This document shows positions 35,092 through 44,487 of a DNA stretch of 64,000 nucleotides, in pieces. Position numbers and translations under genes: made by a program. The notes below the pieces were generated by a model. That model was not told the origin of the DNA and made no database searches. It was given only the letters and a program-made list of their open reading frames with translations. The stretch is taken from the IMG/VR virus record IMGVR_UViG_3300004481_001615; one strand, written 5' to 3'. Origin of the DNA: a virus. Taxonomy: Duplodnaviria > Heunggongvirae > Uroviricota > Caudoviricetes. The first letter of the stretch is position 1, and each line of letters begins with the position of its first letter.

Positions 35092-35107
35092 TTTATAAAT
35101 GTATTGG
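35092..35107 (-). promoter_or_regulatory. promoter motif variant (TTTATAAATGTATTGG) with downstream ACCTGATA element
   Basis: The TATA is 19 bp from tacctgata at 35065-35073. Confidence 0.5.
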
Positions 35108-36331
35108 TTACCAGAGTGCAAGTTCGCCGTTCACTAAACGGTCACAGAAGGTATTAAGATTCTCAAACTCGTATGTGACTATGTTCCTAATCATCTTGTA
35201 GTCTATACCACGAGTACCGTTCACTTGCACGGCAACGTGGGCCGGTTCATTAATGGGCTTACCTATCTGACTGACGAGCCAACAATAAACATCTGCTTCC
35301 TTTTCATCGAGGGTATCATAAATCTCCATGGCTATTTGGAATGCCAGTGCATTATAGATTTTACCAACATGACTCACGGCATTTTTACCTGGAGCGGCCT
35401 CACTTGCCATCGGACGGCAGAGTGGGATTATTCCATTAGCATCGTTACCTCGACCTACCTGACCACTATCACCCGATTCTGCGGAGGTACCGTTGACGGT
35501 CATGAACAAACCATCTATACCTCTCTTTGGATTATCTAGTGCATTGATATTCAATTGACCGAGTTTTATTTTTGTATCTGTCTTGTTGAAGAACCAGTTG
35601 ATGTGTGCTGTGACAATGTCTTTGAGGAATTTTTTGTTTTTCATATAATCATCGACAGATGAAACATACTTATCAACAAATGCTGTGGACATCGTGAGGT
35701 TGAGAATATTAGACTGACGAACCGCCATTAATTTGATGTCCTCACCAAAGTACGGGAAACATGTCTTAAACTCTTTTTTGTTGAGTTCTGCCTCGAGTGA
35801 TTTAACTAGTTCTTCTGTGGGTGTACGAGGATAATAACCAACAACAGCCGAGGTATCGTTTGCTCCGAGATATTTTGTGGTTTTGCGTTTGAAGATATCT
35901 GTAAGGTTTTGGCTACCTCGCTGGACCTCTGAGAAGAACACAACATCATTATCAACATCATTAAATCGGAGATGTGTTTTGAACCATTCTTTACCTGTTG
36001 ATGTGAGTATGTTATTCACCCAGTTGGGTGTTGGACCTGCCGTTGCACGGTCTCCAAGGTAAATCTTTATGGGTTTGATAATACTTCCACCTCCGAACTT
36101 TGGCTCAGAGACCCCAGCGGTAAGGAGGATTTTGTCGAGGTTAAAATGGAGAACCGTATCATACTCTTTACGGTACGCTTTACTCAGGGCGACACTCATA
36201 TTGTCAGCAAGAGCATCACAGATTGTATCGGGATGACCTAACCCTTTTCGTTCTACAATTTCGAAGGGCTTCTTAGCTAGAACTTCATTGGTATTCTGAG
36301 TAACATAAAAAGTCGATTCGTCAATAGTCAT
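35108..36331 (-). CDS. mat: archaeal-type S-adenosylmethionine synthetase
   Basis: EIVERKGLGHPDTICDALAD matches the archaeal MAT (PF01941) signature. 407 aa. Own promoter 24 nt upstream. Confidence 0.75.
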   Translation of the reverse strand: MTIDESTFYVTQNTNEVLAKKPFEIVERKGLGHPDTICDALADNMSVALSKAYRKEYDTVLHFNLDKILLTAGVSEPKFGGGSIIKPIKIYLGDRATAGPTPNWVNNILTSTGKEWFKTHLRFNDVDNDVVFFSEVQRGSQNLTDIFKRKTTKYLGANDTSAVVGYYPRTPTEELVKSLEAELNKKEFKTCFPYFGEDIKLMAVRQSNILNLTMSTAFVDKYVSSVDDYMKNKKFLKDIVTAHINWFFNKTDTKIKLGQLNINALDNPKRGIDGLFMTVNGTSAESGDSGQVGRGNDANGIIPLCRPMASEAAPGKNAVSHVGKIYNALAFQIAMEIYDTLDEKEADVYCWLVSQIGKPINEPAHVAVQVNGTRGIDYKMIRNIVTYEFENLNTFCDRLVNGELALW

Positions 36332-36354
36332 TGAGAAATAAATAAAATAGAACG

Positions 36355-36370
36355 TATATAAATGTTTATA
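36355..36370 (-). promoter_or_regulatory. promoter motif variant (TATATAAATGTTTATA)
   Basis: 24 nt upstream of the MAT ATG. Confidence 0.5.
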
Positions 36371-36488
36371 TTACCGTGGTTTGAGTTTATCAACCTTTCT
36401 GATGAGTGCCATTTGCTCTTCATCAGAGAGGGCGAGAAACTCACGGGCTGACTTCTCTGATATTTGGTCCGTTCTTACAAGACAAAGA

Positions 36489-36755
36489 TTAGACAATACT
36501 GAATTCACTTAACAACCATCCTTCCTTCATTCCCTTAACAAAGAACCATGTCATAAATCGTCTGCGCTTAGCTTTATAGTATTTATAATCTACCATTAAC
36601 ACATCAGGTATTTCTTTAATATCAAGCCCACCAAAGGCATCTTGTTCCTTCCAAACCACTTCAAATTGTTTCTCTTCCTCTTCATTAGGGTACTCATTAA
36701 ATATTGACACGAGACTGAGAGCAGACATCTTATGCGTTCCTCCACATGAGGTCAA
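36489..36755 (-). CDS. hypothetical protein (88 aa)
   Basis: Track ORF. Confidence 0.4.
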   Translation of the reverse strand: MTSCGGTHKMSALSLVSIFNEYPNEEEEKQFEVVWKEQDAFGGLDIKEIPDVLMVDYKYYKAKRRRFMTWFFVKGMKEGWLLSEFSIV

Positions 36756-37032
36756 TTACTGTGCGGGCGGTCTTTAATGCACTATACTCTTCCTTTGCAT
36801 TCGAATAATTCCAAAAATGGATTTCATCAACTTTTCTGAACAAACCATCGTCGCTTGGTGCATTGATATGGGCTAGATTTTTCCCGTTCTTTGGCATCGG
36901 TTCCCAAACATTGATGTGGGCCCCGCCTTCTTTCGCACCAATCATTTCTATTGAGAAACTACCAATCGTTTTCTCTGAGGTTGTCAATGCCTGACTACCC
37001 CATCCTTCTAACTCAATTTTTCTTTTGACCAT
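36730..37032 (-). CDS. hypothetical protein (100 aa)
   Basis: Begins MVKRK. Shares its 5' leader, tatcaggtagaATGGTATGGTcAAAAGA, with the gene at 40831. Confidence 0.4.
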   Translation of the reverse strand: MVKRKIELEGWGSQALTTSEKTIGSFSIEMIGAKEGGAHINVWEPMPKNGKNLAHINAPSDDGLFRKVDEIHFWNYSNAKEEYSALKTARTVIDLMWRNA

Positions 37033-37066
37033 ACCATTCTACCTGATATAGTATATATCAGAGACA

Positions 37067-37082
37067 TTTATAAATGTTATGA
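37067..37082 (-). promoter_or_regulatory. promoter motif copy (TTTATAAATGTTATGA) with downstream ACCTGATA element
   Basis: The TATA is 19 bp from tacctgata at 37040-37048. Confidence 0.6.
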
Positions 37083-37145
37083 TTGATGCTATGCACAATA
37101 TAGGGTATATAATAATAAGAATATATTTAGTCTAGACGCTTCTAT

Positions 37146-37316
37146 CTATCTATTTATCCCCTTAATATAATCATCAATATGCTCTGGATGACGTGTTACG
37201 ATATGACGAGCATACCTACGCTCACCCTGTAATGCACTAATACAGTACGGACACTGTATTACTTGGCTCTTCTGTGTCCTCTTCTTCGTTCTAGAAAATC
37301 TTTTTCTTCCTACCAT
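37146..37316 (-). CDS. small C2H2-type zinc-finger protein (56 aa) below the track cutoff
   Basis: Hand-verified codon by codon: MVGRKRFSRTKKRTQKSQVIQCPYCISALQGERRYARHIVTRHPEH (C-x2-C-x12-H-x4-H). The ATG overlaps the stop of 37316..37552 as TAATG. Confidence 0.35.
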   Translation of the reverse strand: MVGRKRFSRTKKRTQKSQVIQCPYCISALQGERRYARHIVTRHPEHIDDYIKGINR

Positions 37317-37552
37317 TACCTTTTCCTCTTCTCAACATGAATGTACATTTGCAGACCAGGACTCCAGACACGCTCTACCTCGCCCTTTTTCATCCGTTTC
37401 CGTATATCTCTCTGCTCATATTCAATACGAGTATCAATAATCTGTGACTCTAGCTTTGATATCAGAGAGTCGAGTTCATCACGCTTTTTCTTTGCTTTTG
37501 ATATCTGAGAACGAATCCTATCAAGTTTATCTCCGAGAGACATACGTTTCAC
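37316..37552 (-). CDS. hypothetical coiled-coil protein (78 aa)
   Basis: Track ORF. Confidence 0.4.
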   Translation of the reverse strand: MKRMSLGDKLDRIRSQISKAKKKRDELDSLISKLESQIIDTRIEYEQRDIRKRMKKGEVERVWSPGLQMYIHVEKRKR

Positions 37553-37725
37553 CGTAACTTAATCACCTTACGACTTTCCTTCTTCCATCGGTGTTTGTTC
37601 TCATTATAAACTTTACATGAGGCACATTTTGGCTTACCATGTACGCACTCTGTCTTTGAGTAACCACCATACGATAACAAATCACATACATATGTCCGGT
37701 AAGACCACCAGACCTTTCTGACCAA

Positions 37726-38055
37726 CTATCTCTTCCTCTCTCTCATCTTTGCGGTGAAGTAAACATTTAATGTTTTCGGGTAATATCGTGGACGTGTTAG
37801 ACTCTTTTGTTTCGTCATCGCTACCCAAACAATACTGTGACCATAGCCGTCAGTAAGATTCTTGTACGCTTGACTCTTAATAATTATTGTGTGGTTCTTA
37901 TCAGCTCCTTTTGGATAAGACTTCACATCAGAGACCGTGAGGACCGCTTTACATAGTACAAGAGGGAATACTGTCTCTGATTCTTTTCTCCAAGAATATC
38001 TAGTGAGCTTCCCCGCTTTTTTTACTAACGATATACTCTCAACTTTCACAGTCAC
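37726..38055 (-). CDS. hypothetical protein (109 aa)
   Basis: Track ORF. Confidence 0.4.
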   Translation of the reverse strand: MTVKVESISLVKKAGKLTRYSWRKESETVFPLVLCKAVLTVSDVKSYPKGADKNHTIIIKSQAYKNLTDGYGHSIVWVAMTKQKSLTRPRYYPKTLNVYFTAKMRERKR

Positions 38056-38062
38056 TTATGCA

Positions 38063-38374
38063 TCACCCAGATTTACGTTTCTTCTTAATCAGAGAGGAGT
38101 CATTATCAACCCTGAATATTACTCCCCAGTGGGAACTAGCTCTGAGAGACCGACCTCCACGAAATGGTTTCCAATTGTCCCAAACCTGTACAATCGTTAT
38201 ATTGAGACCCTTCTCTTTGAGTTTGTCTTTTATCCTCTGAGCCATCTTATGTTGGTCATCACCCATACGATAGAAGTAACTCCGAAGGGCCTCGACGGTA
38301 CCGTCCTTCTTAAAGATAATCTTATCAGCGGTAATGGTGTTTTTTATCACTCGTTTAGCGTGAGGAGATACCAT
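38063..38374 (-). CDS. hypothetical protein (103 aa)
   Basis: Track ORF. Confidence 0.4.
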   Translation of the reverse strand: MVSPHAKRVIKNTITADKIIFKKDGTVEALRSYFYRMGDDQHKMAQRIKDKLKEKGLNITIVQVWDNWKPFRGGRSLRASSHWGVIFRVDNDSSLIKKKRKSG

Positions 38375-38542
38375 TTTATTTCCTCTTTTGTATCTTACGT
38401 CGTTGTTTGTTCGTGTACTCGAGGAGTTCTATCTGTTCCTTTATCTGTTTTATCTCAGACTGATGGTACTCTATTTTTGATTTGAGAGTAACAATTCTTT
38501 CTCTAACTTGTTTCGATATCCGGTCCGACATCATCCATCACC

Positions 38543-38917
38543 TTATTTCTTAAGCCTCTCCCAGAGACTTTTTTTCGACCTTTTCTTAGCGTATCTTACT
38601 TTGTGCTCCTCGAGCTTTCCGTGTTCATACTGCTTGCCGTACTCATAAGACTCTTTTACATTGCCGTATGTCTGTGCAACTCTTCCTGCAAACGTTCCGA
38701 GAGAGTAAAGTATGCTCTTGCGATTTACCTTATGTATTCTGCCTTTTGATAGTACTAGATAAAACTCGTCATGGACCTCTGTTACTGTACCCGACCGTCG
38801 ACCATTAGGAACTTTAAAAGATAACCTTTCCCCGACTTTCTTTGCTTTGGCGTGACCCTTTCCGTGGGTTTTCTCTCCAGCTCTGCGGAATGCCTCGGGC
38901 GTCTTTATATAAGTCAT
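38543..38917 (-). CDS. hypothetical basic protein (124 aa)
   Basis: Lys/Arg-rich. Promoter motif 30 nt upstream. Confidence 0.4.
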   Translation of the reverse strand: MTYIKTPEAFRRAGEKTHGKGHAKAKKVGERLSFKVPNGRRSGTVTEVHDEFYLVLSKGRIHKVNRKSILYSLGTFAGRVAQTYGNVKESYEYGKQYEHGKLEEHKVRYAKKRSKKSLWERLKK

Positions 38918-38946
38918 ATCAATAAAGATTTATCCTCTCGTGGATA

Positions 38947-38963
38947 TTTAAATGTTATGAGAA
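38947..38963 (-). promoter_or_regulatory. promoter motif copy (TTTAAATGTTATGAGAA)
   Basis: Motif family member. Confidence 0.6.
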
Positions 38964-39521
38964 GAAATATTCCTTCACATCTGGTTGAGACAACAACCTG
39001 ACAATCTCCATATCTTTCTGTAATACTGGTAGAAGGTCTGGGTTGTATATCGTTGATGCAGGGTGGTAGAGTGGTATAATCCGAGCCGGAATTCCCTCGA
39101 TAGAGAGAACCTTTCCGTGCCATGTTGAGAGATATAATGTTTGTTTAAATGCACTCAGAGCTACTCTCCCTAATGTCACAATTAACTTAGGACGAATTTT
39201 TTCAATCTCATCAAATAGTTTCGGAGAACAGTTCTGAACCTCCTCAACTGTTGGTGACCTATTCCCACCCGTTTCTGATACTGGACGGCACTTCACTGCG
39301 TTTGTAATATAGATTTTATCACGTGGTAACTCAGCTATTTTGAGCAGACCATCAAGTATCTTACCAGCGGGACCAACAAATGGTGCTCCCACTCTATCTT
39401 CATACCTACCGGGAGCCTCACCCACAAGCATCACTCTTGCGTTCTGGGGTCCCTTTCCACAAACAATACATGTCCTGTGTTTTACTATATCAGGACATTT
39501 ACTACAATCTAAGGTTTCCAA
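38955..39521 (-). CDS. udg: uracil-DNA glycosylase, family 4
   Basis: Motif A LVGEAPGRYEDRVGAPFVGPAGKILD and motif B LYHPAS. Four Cys near the N-terminus for an Fe-S cluster. Confidence 0.75.
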   Translation of the reverse strand: METLDCSKCPDIVKHRTCIVCGKGPQNARVMLVGEAPGRYEDRVGAPFVGPAGKILDGLLKIAELPRDKIYITNAVKCRPVSETGGNRSPTVEEVQNCSPKLFDEIEKIRPKLIVTLGRVALSAFKQTLYLSTWHGKVLSIEGIPARIIPLYHPASTIYNPDLLPVLQKDMEIVRLLSQPDVKEYFFS

Positions 39522-39961
39522 TCTTCTAATGCAACTCCATTTTTATATACATTCCAATATGATAACGCGAATGTTGTTGTGTTCTCCTTACGGTTGCACA
39601 ACTCCTTAATCCTATCCATACTAAATACGAAGTAATGCTTCCCGATAGGATGACGGAAGCGTAACTCCACAATAAAAAGGGGAGAGAGACTACTCTCACT
39701 ACAAAATGAGAGTAGGTTATTGAAACTTGTTTTTTCTATCCTAACATTGCCCTCCTCGATACCTCGACGTTTCGAATGCCTACCAACAGTAATACTCTTG
39801 ACTTCGATACCATAATTTGTTGGATTAGAGTAAAGTATTAAATCGGGTGAACCGTTATTGTCATCACGATGTACAATGTCTCCATGGGTCTTTAATATAT
39901 CAGCAACAGCGAGCTCCGCTACGATTCCTGTCTCGTTATTTTGTTGTCGTCGGTACCCCAC
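39509..39961 (-). CDS. Hjc-like Holliday-junction resolvase / PD-(D/E)xK nuclease
   Basis: GSPDLILY...GIEVKS fits the Hjc E...D...EVK pattern. 150 aa. Confidence 0.45.
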   Translation of the reverse strand: MGYRRQQNNETGIVAELAVADILKTHGDIVHRDDNNGSPDLILYSNPTNYGIEVKSITVGRHSKRRGIEEGNVRIEKTSFNNLLSFCSESSLSPLFIVELRFRHPIGKHYFVFSMDRIKELCNRKENTTTFALSYWNVYKNGVALEDWKP

Positions 39962-40334
39962 TACTTATCACCATACCATTCGGGTCTTTATGAGAGTATA
40001 AGATTACTTTTATACCCATCTTTTTAGCCTGTTCTATCGTATCTTTTGTGCCCTTACTCTTTGAGAGGTCATTGTGAAAAGCAAGAATAACATCTGGAGA
40101 CATATCCAACATCTCTTTGTTACGCTTAGGACCAGCACCCTTACCATAGATGTGCCATTTAGCATTTACAACAAAACAATCGAGCCCGAGGTTCGTACCC
40201 AAACGGTTCGCCATCTGGTCAGCTCCTCTAGCTCCACCCGTTATGAGTTTTGTGCCTCTCGGATACTTCCTAAGGACATCATCAATCATACCGTCGTCAT
40301 CCCAGTGCCTATCACCGCAAACAAGTATAATCAT
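39936..40334 (-). CDS. SLOG/DprA-like Rossmann-fold protein (YspA-type)
   Basis: ITGGARGADQ GxARGxD motif. 132 aa. Confidence 0.45.
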   Translation of the reverse strand: MIILVCGDRHWDDDGMIDDVLRKYPRGTKLITGGARGADQMANRLGTNLGLDCFVVNAKWHIYGKGAGPKRNKEMLDMSPDVILAFHNDLSKSKGTKDTIEQAKKMGIKVILYSHKDPNGMVISSGVPTTTK

Positions 40335-40335
40335 C

Positions 40336-40608
40336 TTATGTTGTCACTCTCGTCAGTGGTCTCGTTGATACTCTGATTCTTATAGGGACTCTCATGTTAC
40401 CAATTACATTAAATCTGCTATATAATCTATGAGCTTTTTCTAATGCACTCTCACCATCCTCAACTATCATGTTGTCATCTAAAAGGATGTAATCAAAACC
40501 CCTACGTTCGTAGACATAATACCTAGAAGGCATCTTAGGTCCACCTCGATGGATGCTCACCATCACATCCTTCTTCTTCTGGTTGTTTTTCATACTCTGG
40601 AAGTTCAT
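40336..40608 (-). CDS. hypothetical protein (90 aa)
   Basis: Track ORF. Confidence 0.4.
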   Translation of the reverse strand: MNFQSMKNNQKKKDVMVSIHRGGPKMPSRYYVYERRGFDYILLDDNMIVEDGESALEKAHRLYSRFNVIGNMRVPIRIRVSTRPLTRVTT

Positions 40609-40831
40609 TACTGATATTTTCGTACCAATTTGTCCACATTAGACCACAATCTTTACAACTGATATCTAACCTGACATTGGTGTCAATATAATGTTCTGGG
40701 GTGAACACCACGCTATCACTCTCACAATTCGGGCACTGATTGAGATAATATCCCAAATTAATCTTTTTTAAGAGCTGAATCATCTGTCTTTGAGTCATCT
40801 TTTTAACATCTGCCACAATTCTTTTAACCAT
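40535..40831 (-). CDS. zinc-ribbon protein (98 aa)
   Basis: CPNCES...CKDCG. Begins MVKRI behind the same leader as the 37032 gene. Confidence 0.4.
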   Translation of the reverse strand: MVKRIVADVKKMTQRQMIQLLKKINLGYYLNQCPNCESDSVVFTPEHYIDTNVRLDISCKDCGLMWTNWYENISNELPEYEKQPEEEGCDGEHPSRWT

Positions 40832-40865
40832 ACCATTATACCTGATATTAGATATATTCTTTACA

Positions 40866-40881
40866 TTTATAAATGTTATGA
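40866..40881 (-). promoter_or_regulatory. promoter motif copy (TTTATAAATGTTATGA) with downstream ACCTGATA element
   Basis: The TATA is 19 bp from tacctgata at 40839-40847. Confidence 0.6.
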
Positions 40882-40886
40882 TTGAG

Positions 40887-40896
40887 AAAAAAAAAA
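40887..40896 (-). terminator. oligo-T (T10 on the coding strand) terminator candidate after the SPFH gene
   Basis: A10 on the plus strand equals T10 on the minus strand. It lies 7 nt after the stop at 40903 and immediately before the next promoter. Confidence 0.4.
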
Positions 40897-40902
40897 TGGG
40901 AA

Positions 40903-41955
40903 TTAGTTAATCTCAGCAGGTAGTGTCAATAATAGGTCATTTTCTCCTAAGATAACAGATGGGAGTTTGCCGTCCCAGTTAAGCCATCTCAGATAACTCA
41001 CATATTCTGGTGTAACTTGTTCATTGATAATCCTGATTGCTTCTGCTTGTGCTTCTGCTTCGATTAGTATTTTTTGACCTTCTGCTTGTGCCGCTAAAAT
41101 CTTTTGTTGTGCACTTGCCTCTGCATTTATGACCGTCACATTATATTGACCTTCTGCATTGATTATGTACTGTTGCTGTTGGAACCTCGATATTTCAACT
41201 TTATTCTTTTCCGTGAGGGCATCTTGTGTTGCCACTACTTTTCTCTCGATAGCATCCCAGAACTCTTGGCTGAATTGGAAATCTATTATGTTCACAGTTA
41301 AAACATCTATACCGTACGGTCTCAGTCTAGTTCCCAAAGTATCTGTCAGTTGTATTACAACCAAAGGTCTTTCTGTGATTAAATGTTCTGCTGTCCAATC
41401 CGCTGTTGTTGCTTTTAATTCTTCCATTATCACGGGTTCTATCAATAGGTGAAGATAATCTGTTCTAAGACTCTGATAAACATTCCATACTGATGCTTCA
41501 CTGATTCGGTAATGTACAGCTAGTTTTGTTGTAATCTCTTGTAAGTCATTTGAAGCAGTTGATTCTGTAACCTCTGCCTTCTGTATCATTACAGACATCA
41601 TTTCTACGTTCTGCCATGGTAGTACAAGGTGAAGACCTTCTTGTAAATTAACTGGTTCAACTTTTCCTAATGTGAGTAATACACCTCTATGACCAGCTGG
41701 AACAAGAACAATTACACTTGTTATTATCCATATAAGGAACACTATACCTAGAAATGCTCCTACCAATCTTACTGGTTTGTTCTCGAGAAAGTTTGGAATA
41801 AATGGGTTATCTGTATCCTCCTCTCTACCTATGTTGACTTCATCGTCCGGACGATGCATTCTTCCTCTATCCCCTCGAAACTCTTTTAAAGCAAAGATTG
41901 CTATTCCTAATATTGCAATCATTCCGATTACAAATCCAAATATATACATATCCAT
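40903..41955 (-). CDS. SPFH/band-7 (stomatin/prohibitin-like) membrane protein
   Basis: N-terminal TM helices followed by a band-7 domain with a coiled-coil and EAQAEA repeats. 350 aa. Confidence 0.6.
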   Translation of the reverse strand: MDMYIFGFVIGMIAILGIAIFALKEFRGDRGRMHRPDDEVNIGREEDTDNPFIPNFLENKPVRLVGAFLGIVFLIWIITSVIVLVPAGHRGVLLTLGKVEPVNLQEGLHLVLPWQNVEMMSVMIQKAEVTESTASNDLQEITTKLAVHYRISEASVWNVYQSLRTDYLHLLIEPVIMEELKATTADWTAEHLITERPLVVIQLTDTLGTRLRPYGIDVLTVNIIDFQFSQEFWDAIERKVVATQDALTEKNKVEISRFQQQQYIINAEGQYNVTVINAEASAQQKILAAQAEGQKILIEAEAQAEAIRIINEQVTPEYVSYLRWLNWDGKLPSVILGENDLLLTLPAEIN

Positions 41956-41988
41956 AGTTTATACCCATACTATAAAATCATAATGACA

Positions 41989-42004
41989 TTTATAAATGTT
42001 ATGT
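41989..42004 (-). promoter_or_regulatory. promoter motif variant (TTTATAAATGTTATGT)
   Basis: 34 nt upstream of the ATG at 41955. It is the last motif copy before a 16-kb motif-free stretch. Confidence 0.55.
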
Positions 42005-42952
42005 TATTCCATCTATCAGACCCTTAGCGTAGCCTATCGACCATGACAGGAACATCATATACAACGTAATAAAGAGAACAATAGGGTATGGTAGGTTGTT
42101 TATATCGAACTCATCAACAGTAAACATTGTTTCTGCTATCAAAAAAACAGAAAGGACCAAAAAAGGTAAACTAATAAATGGAATCAATAAAAGGAGTGAA
42201 ATAAATAAGACTGTTGGTATTGCATGCTGAGGGGTAAATATTTTAGTCTTCAGTGCTAATCGTGACCTACTCCAAGCATACCCAAACATCTGCTTCGCAA
42301 ACGCCGTGATTGTTTCTCTCTCTTTATGAACAACCGGTGCTTCTGGGATTGAGTAGAGATTTTTCTTTAAGACATTTCTTATACGATAATTGAGTTCCCA
42401 GTCTTCACAACCACCGATTTTCTCATTGAATCCACCAACTGCTAAGATATCTTTTAATCTATAAGCAGAGTTGAATCCTGGGATGCTCTCGAGTTTTCTC
42501 ACATCACTAAACTGCCTACCATGAGATGAAAACAAACCGATAATTGAATGTATAGCTCTCCCGAGTTTTGTTGTGTAATTCGAACGACAACCAGAAGATA
42601 AACCAGAAGCATCTGGGAGACGCTTAAAATAATCAGAGATTTGAAGGGACCAGTCTGGTGGTACTTCAGTATCAGCGTCTAGAAAGGCTACATACTGACT
42701 TGTCGCATACTTAAGCCCTTCATTACATGCAACTGCCCGCCGTGAACCCTTTGTGGTTGATAATGGTTCTTTGATATATTGGGTCTCATAAAGGTGAGCT
42801 ATATCAATGGTCCTGTCAGTCGAGTGTGCATCAACAACTATGATACTGTTCACTGGTTCAATCTGTTTTAATAAAGAGATTAAGCAGGCCTCGAGATACT
42901 GGCCAGCGTTCTTTGTTGGTATGATAATATCAAGTACTCTTTTGTTCTGCAT
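41999..42952 (-). CDS. GT2 family glycosyltransferase with C-terminal TM helices
   Basis: LDIIIPTKNAG N-terminal motif, FLDADTEVPP DxD, and two TM helices near the C-terminus. Confidence 0.65.
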   Translation of the reverse strand: MQNKRVLDIIIPTKNAGQYLEACLISLLKQIEPVNSIIVVDAHSTDRTIDIAHLYETQYIKEPLSTTKGSRRAVACNEGLKYATSQYVAFLDADTEVPPDWSLQISDYFKRLPDASGLSSGCRSNYTTKLGRAIHSIIGLFSSHGRQFSDVRKLESIPGFNSAYRLKDILAVGGFNEKIGGCEDWELNYRIRNVLKKNLYSIPEAPVVHKERETITAFAKQMFGYAWSRSRLALKTKIFTPQHAIPTVLFISLLLLIPFISLPFLVLSVFLIAETMFTVDEFDINNLPYPIVLFITLYMMFLSWSIGYAKGLIDGIT

Positions 42953-43529
42953 GTATCAACATCGCCCTAACACCACTGAGGCTCATAGCTATAAGCATAA
43001 TACGACCCACATTATTTGCACGCTCATAAAAAACATTTTTTGCATCAAACTCCTCTACAAATGTTAGACTTAAATCAGAGAGCATGTTTTTTACTCGCCG
43101 TCTTGTTAAGGTATGTGGATGACCCCTATACATGGGACGATAAATTGCAGAAGGAAAAACATACGTCCAAAGAACAATCCTTCCTCTACAGATACGCTTT
43201 ATTTCTCTCATCGATTCTTCTGGGTCTTCTGTATGGTCTAAGGAATTGACAACGAGCACGTCTTCGAAAGATTTATCTGGATAAGACATGTCTTCTGCTT
43301 TTCCTAATACAAAGTTTTTACCTAAGTATCTGTAATCAATCGGGTCTAAACCCACTATGTTCTCATCAAATCTCCAAATACCATGGTTACCACAACCAAT
43401 TTCGATAGCAGGATACCTGATATCTCTAAGCCTCAGGAAGTTCATCCAATACTTTTTACTGTGTTGTATACCCCACCGAGTGTCGTCATACAATCTTTCT
43501 CGCTCTTGACTCTTCTCCCAGATAGTCAT
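42930..43529 (-). CDS. class I SAM-dependent methyltransferase
   Basis: EIGCGNHG glycine-rich SAM-binding motif. Confidence 0.45.
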   Translation of the reverse strand: MTIWEKSQERERLYDDTRWGIQHSKKYWMNFLRLRDIRYPAIEIGCGNHGIWRFDENIVGLDPIDYRYLGKNFVLGKAEDMSYPDKSFEDVLVVNSLDHTEDPEESMREIKRICRGRIVLWTYVFPSAIYRPMYRGHPHTLTRRRVKNMLSDLSLTFVEEFDAKNVFYERANNVGRIMLIAMSLSGVRAMLIHAEQKST

Positions 43530-44071
43530 ATTTTCTCACCTACCTTTTCTATAGGGATAATTATATCTGTCTTATTTTTTACCACGCCTGACCATAATAA
43601 GTGCCCCGTTGTTTTACTCACTGCCCACAACCAGTTATGTGGGTCATATGTAGATGTTTTGTTTGCATAGTACATAAAATCTGTAAACCATCCTATATAC
43701 AACATATAATACATAGACACCACAAAACAAGTAAAAAGCAGAATTGTTTGTTTTGTCAATTGTAAATGAACGGACTTTGATAACCATGAAAAAATCATTA
43801 GCATGCATAATAAGGATATCACTACATAAAATCTGGGATAGTCAACACCATCAAATATGCTTACTGTCCCAAATCCCTTCCACATTGTATATATCCATAT
43901 TAGGTCGTAGAAAAAGAATGCTAGCTCCGCTAATATAGACGCCAAGACTAGTCTTAGAATAAATGGTCCCCTTATCTTATAGTATGAAATTAAAAAAACA
44001 AGAAGCAAAGAAGTTACCGTTACCCAATGAAGACCGAACACTCTTATACTAAATATTTCTATCATTGACAC
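43526..44071 (-). CDS. integral membrane protein (181 aa)
   Basis: Several hydrophobic helices, rich in W/Y. Confidence 0.45.
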   Translation of the reverse strand: MSMIEIFSIRVFGLHWVTVTSLLLVFLISYYKIRGPFILRLVLASILAELAFFFYDLIWIYTMWKGFGTVSIFDGVDYPRFYVVISLLCMLMIFSWLSKSVHLQLTKQTILLFTCFVVSMYYMLYIGWFTDFMYYANKTSTYDPHNWLWAVSKTTGHLLWSGVVKNKTDIIIPIEKVGEKI

Positions 44072-44487
44072 TTCACCATATTACATTCCCAGTCATTTTT
44101 ATTCCATATCATGTCATAGAGGTAATACATCCAAAGTTTATTTCCAATGTAAGTTAAGGTAATATTGGTTACTGCTGTCCAACTTCCAGTGACTAAAAGA
44201 GAAACCATACCGAGGACACCGTTCCCTAGAATTATCTCATAAGTGAATATTCGGGCGTACTTCTTGTATTTCCAATCAGTCAATCGACGCATCCAAACTC
44301 TCTCATGTAGATAGTAGATTACAATAAAGAGTCCGTGATGAATTAGGGTTATCATTGTTGTCTGTATTAGAGAACCAGTATAATAATATGTAACGAGCGC
44401 TAAGAAAGCTACACCTATCAACCTCCAAAGAACACTCCTCACTATAGAGCGTTTATGACTTTCTACTCTAGTCAGTTTTTCTGCCAT
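44062..44487 (-). CDS. GtrA-like small polytopic membrane protein
   Basis: 141 aa with four TM segments. Adjacent to GT2 and cytidylyltransferase genes. Confidence 0.35.
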   Translation of the reverse strand: MAEKLTRVESHKRSIVRSVLWRLIGVAFLALVTYYYTGSLIQTTMITLIHHGLFIVIYYLHERVWMRRLTDWKYKKYARIFTYEIILGNGVLGMVSLLVTGSWTAVTNITLTYIGNKLWMYYLYDMIWNKNDWECNMVKCQ

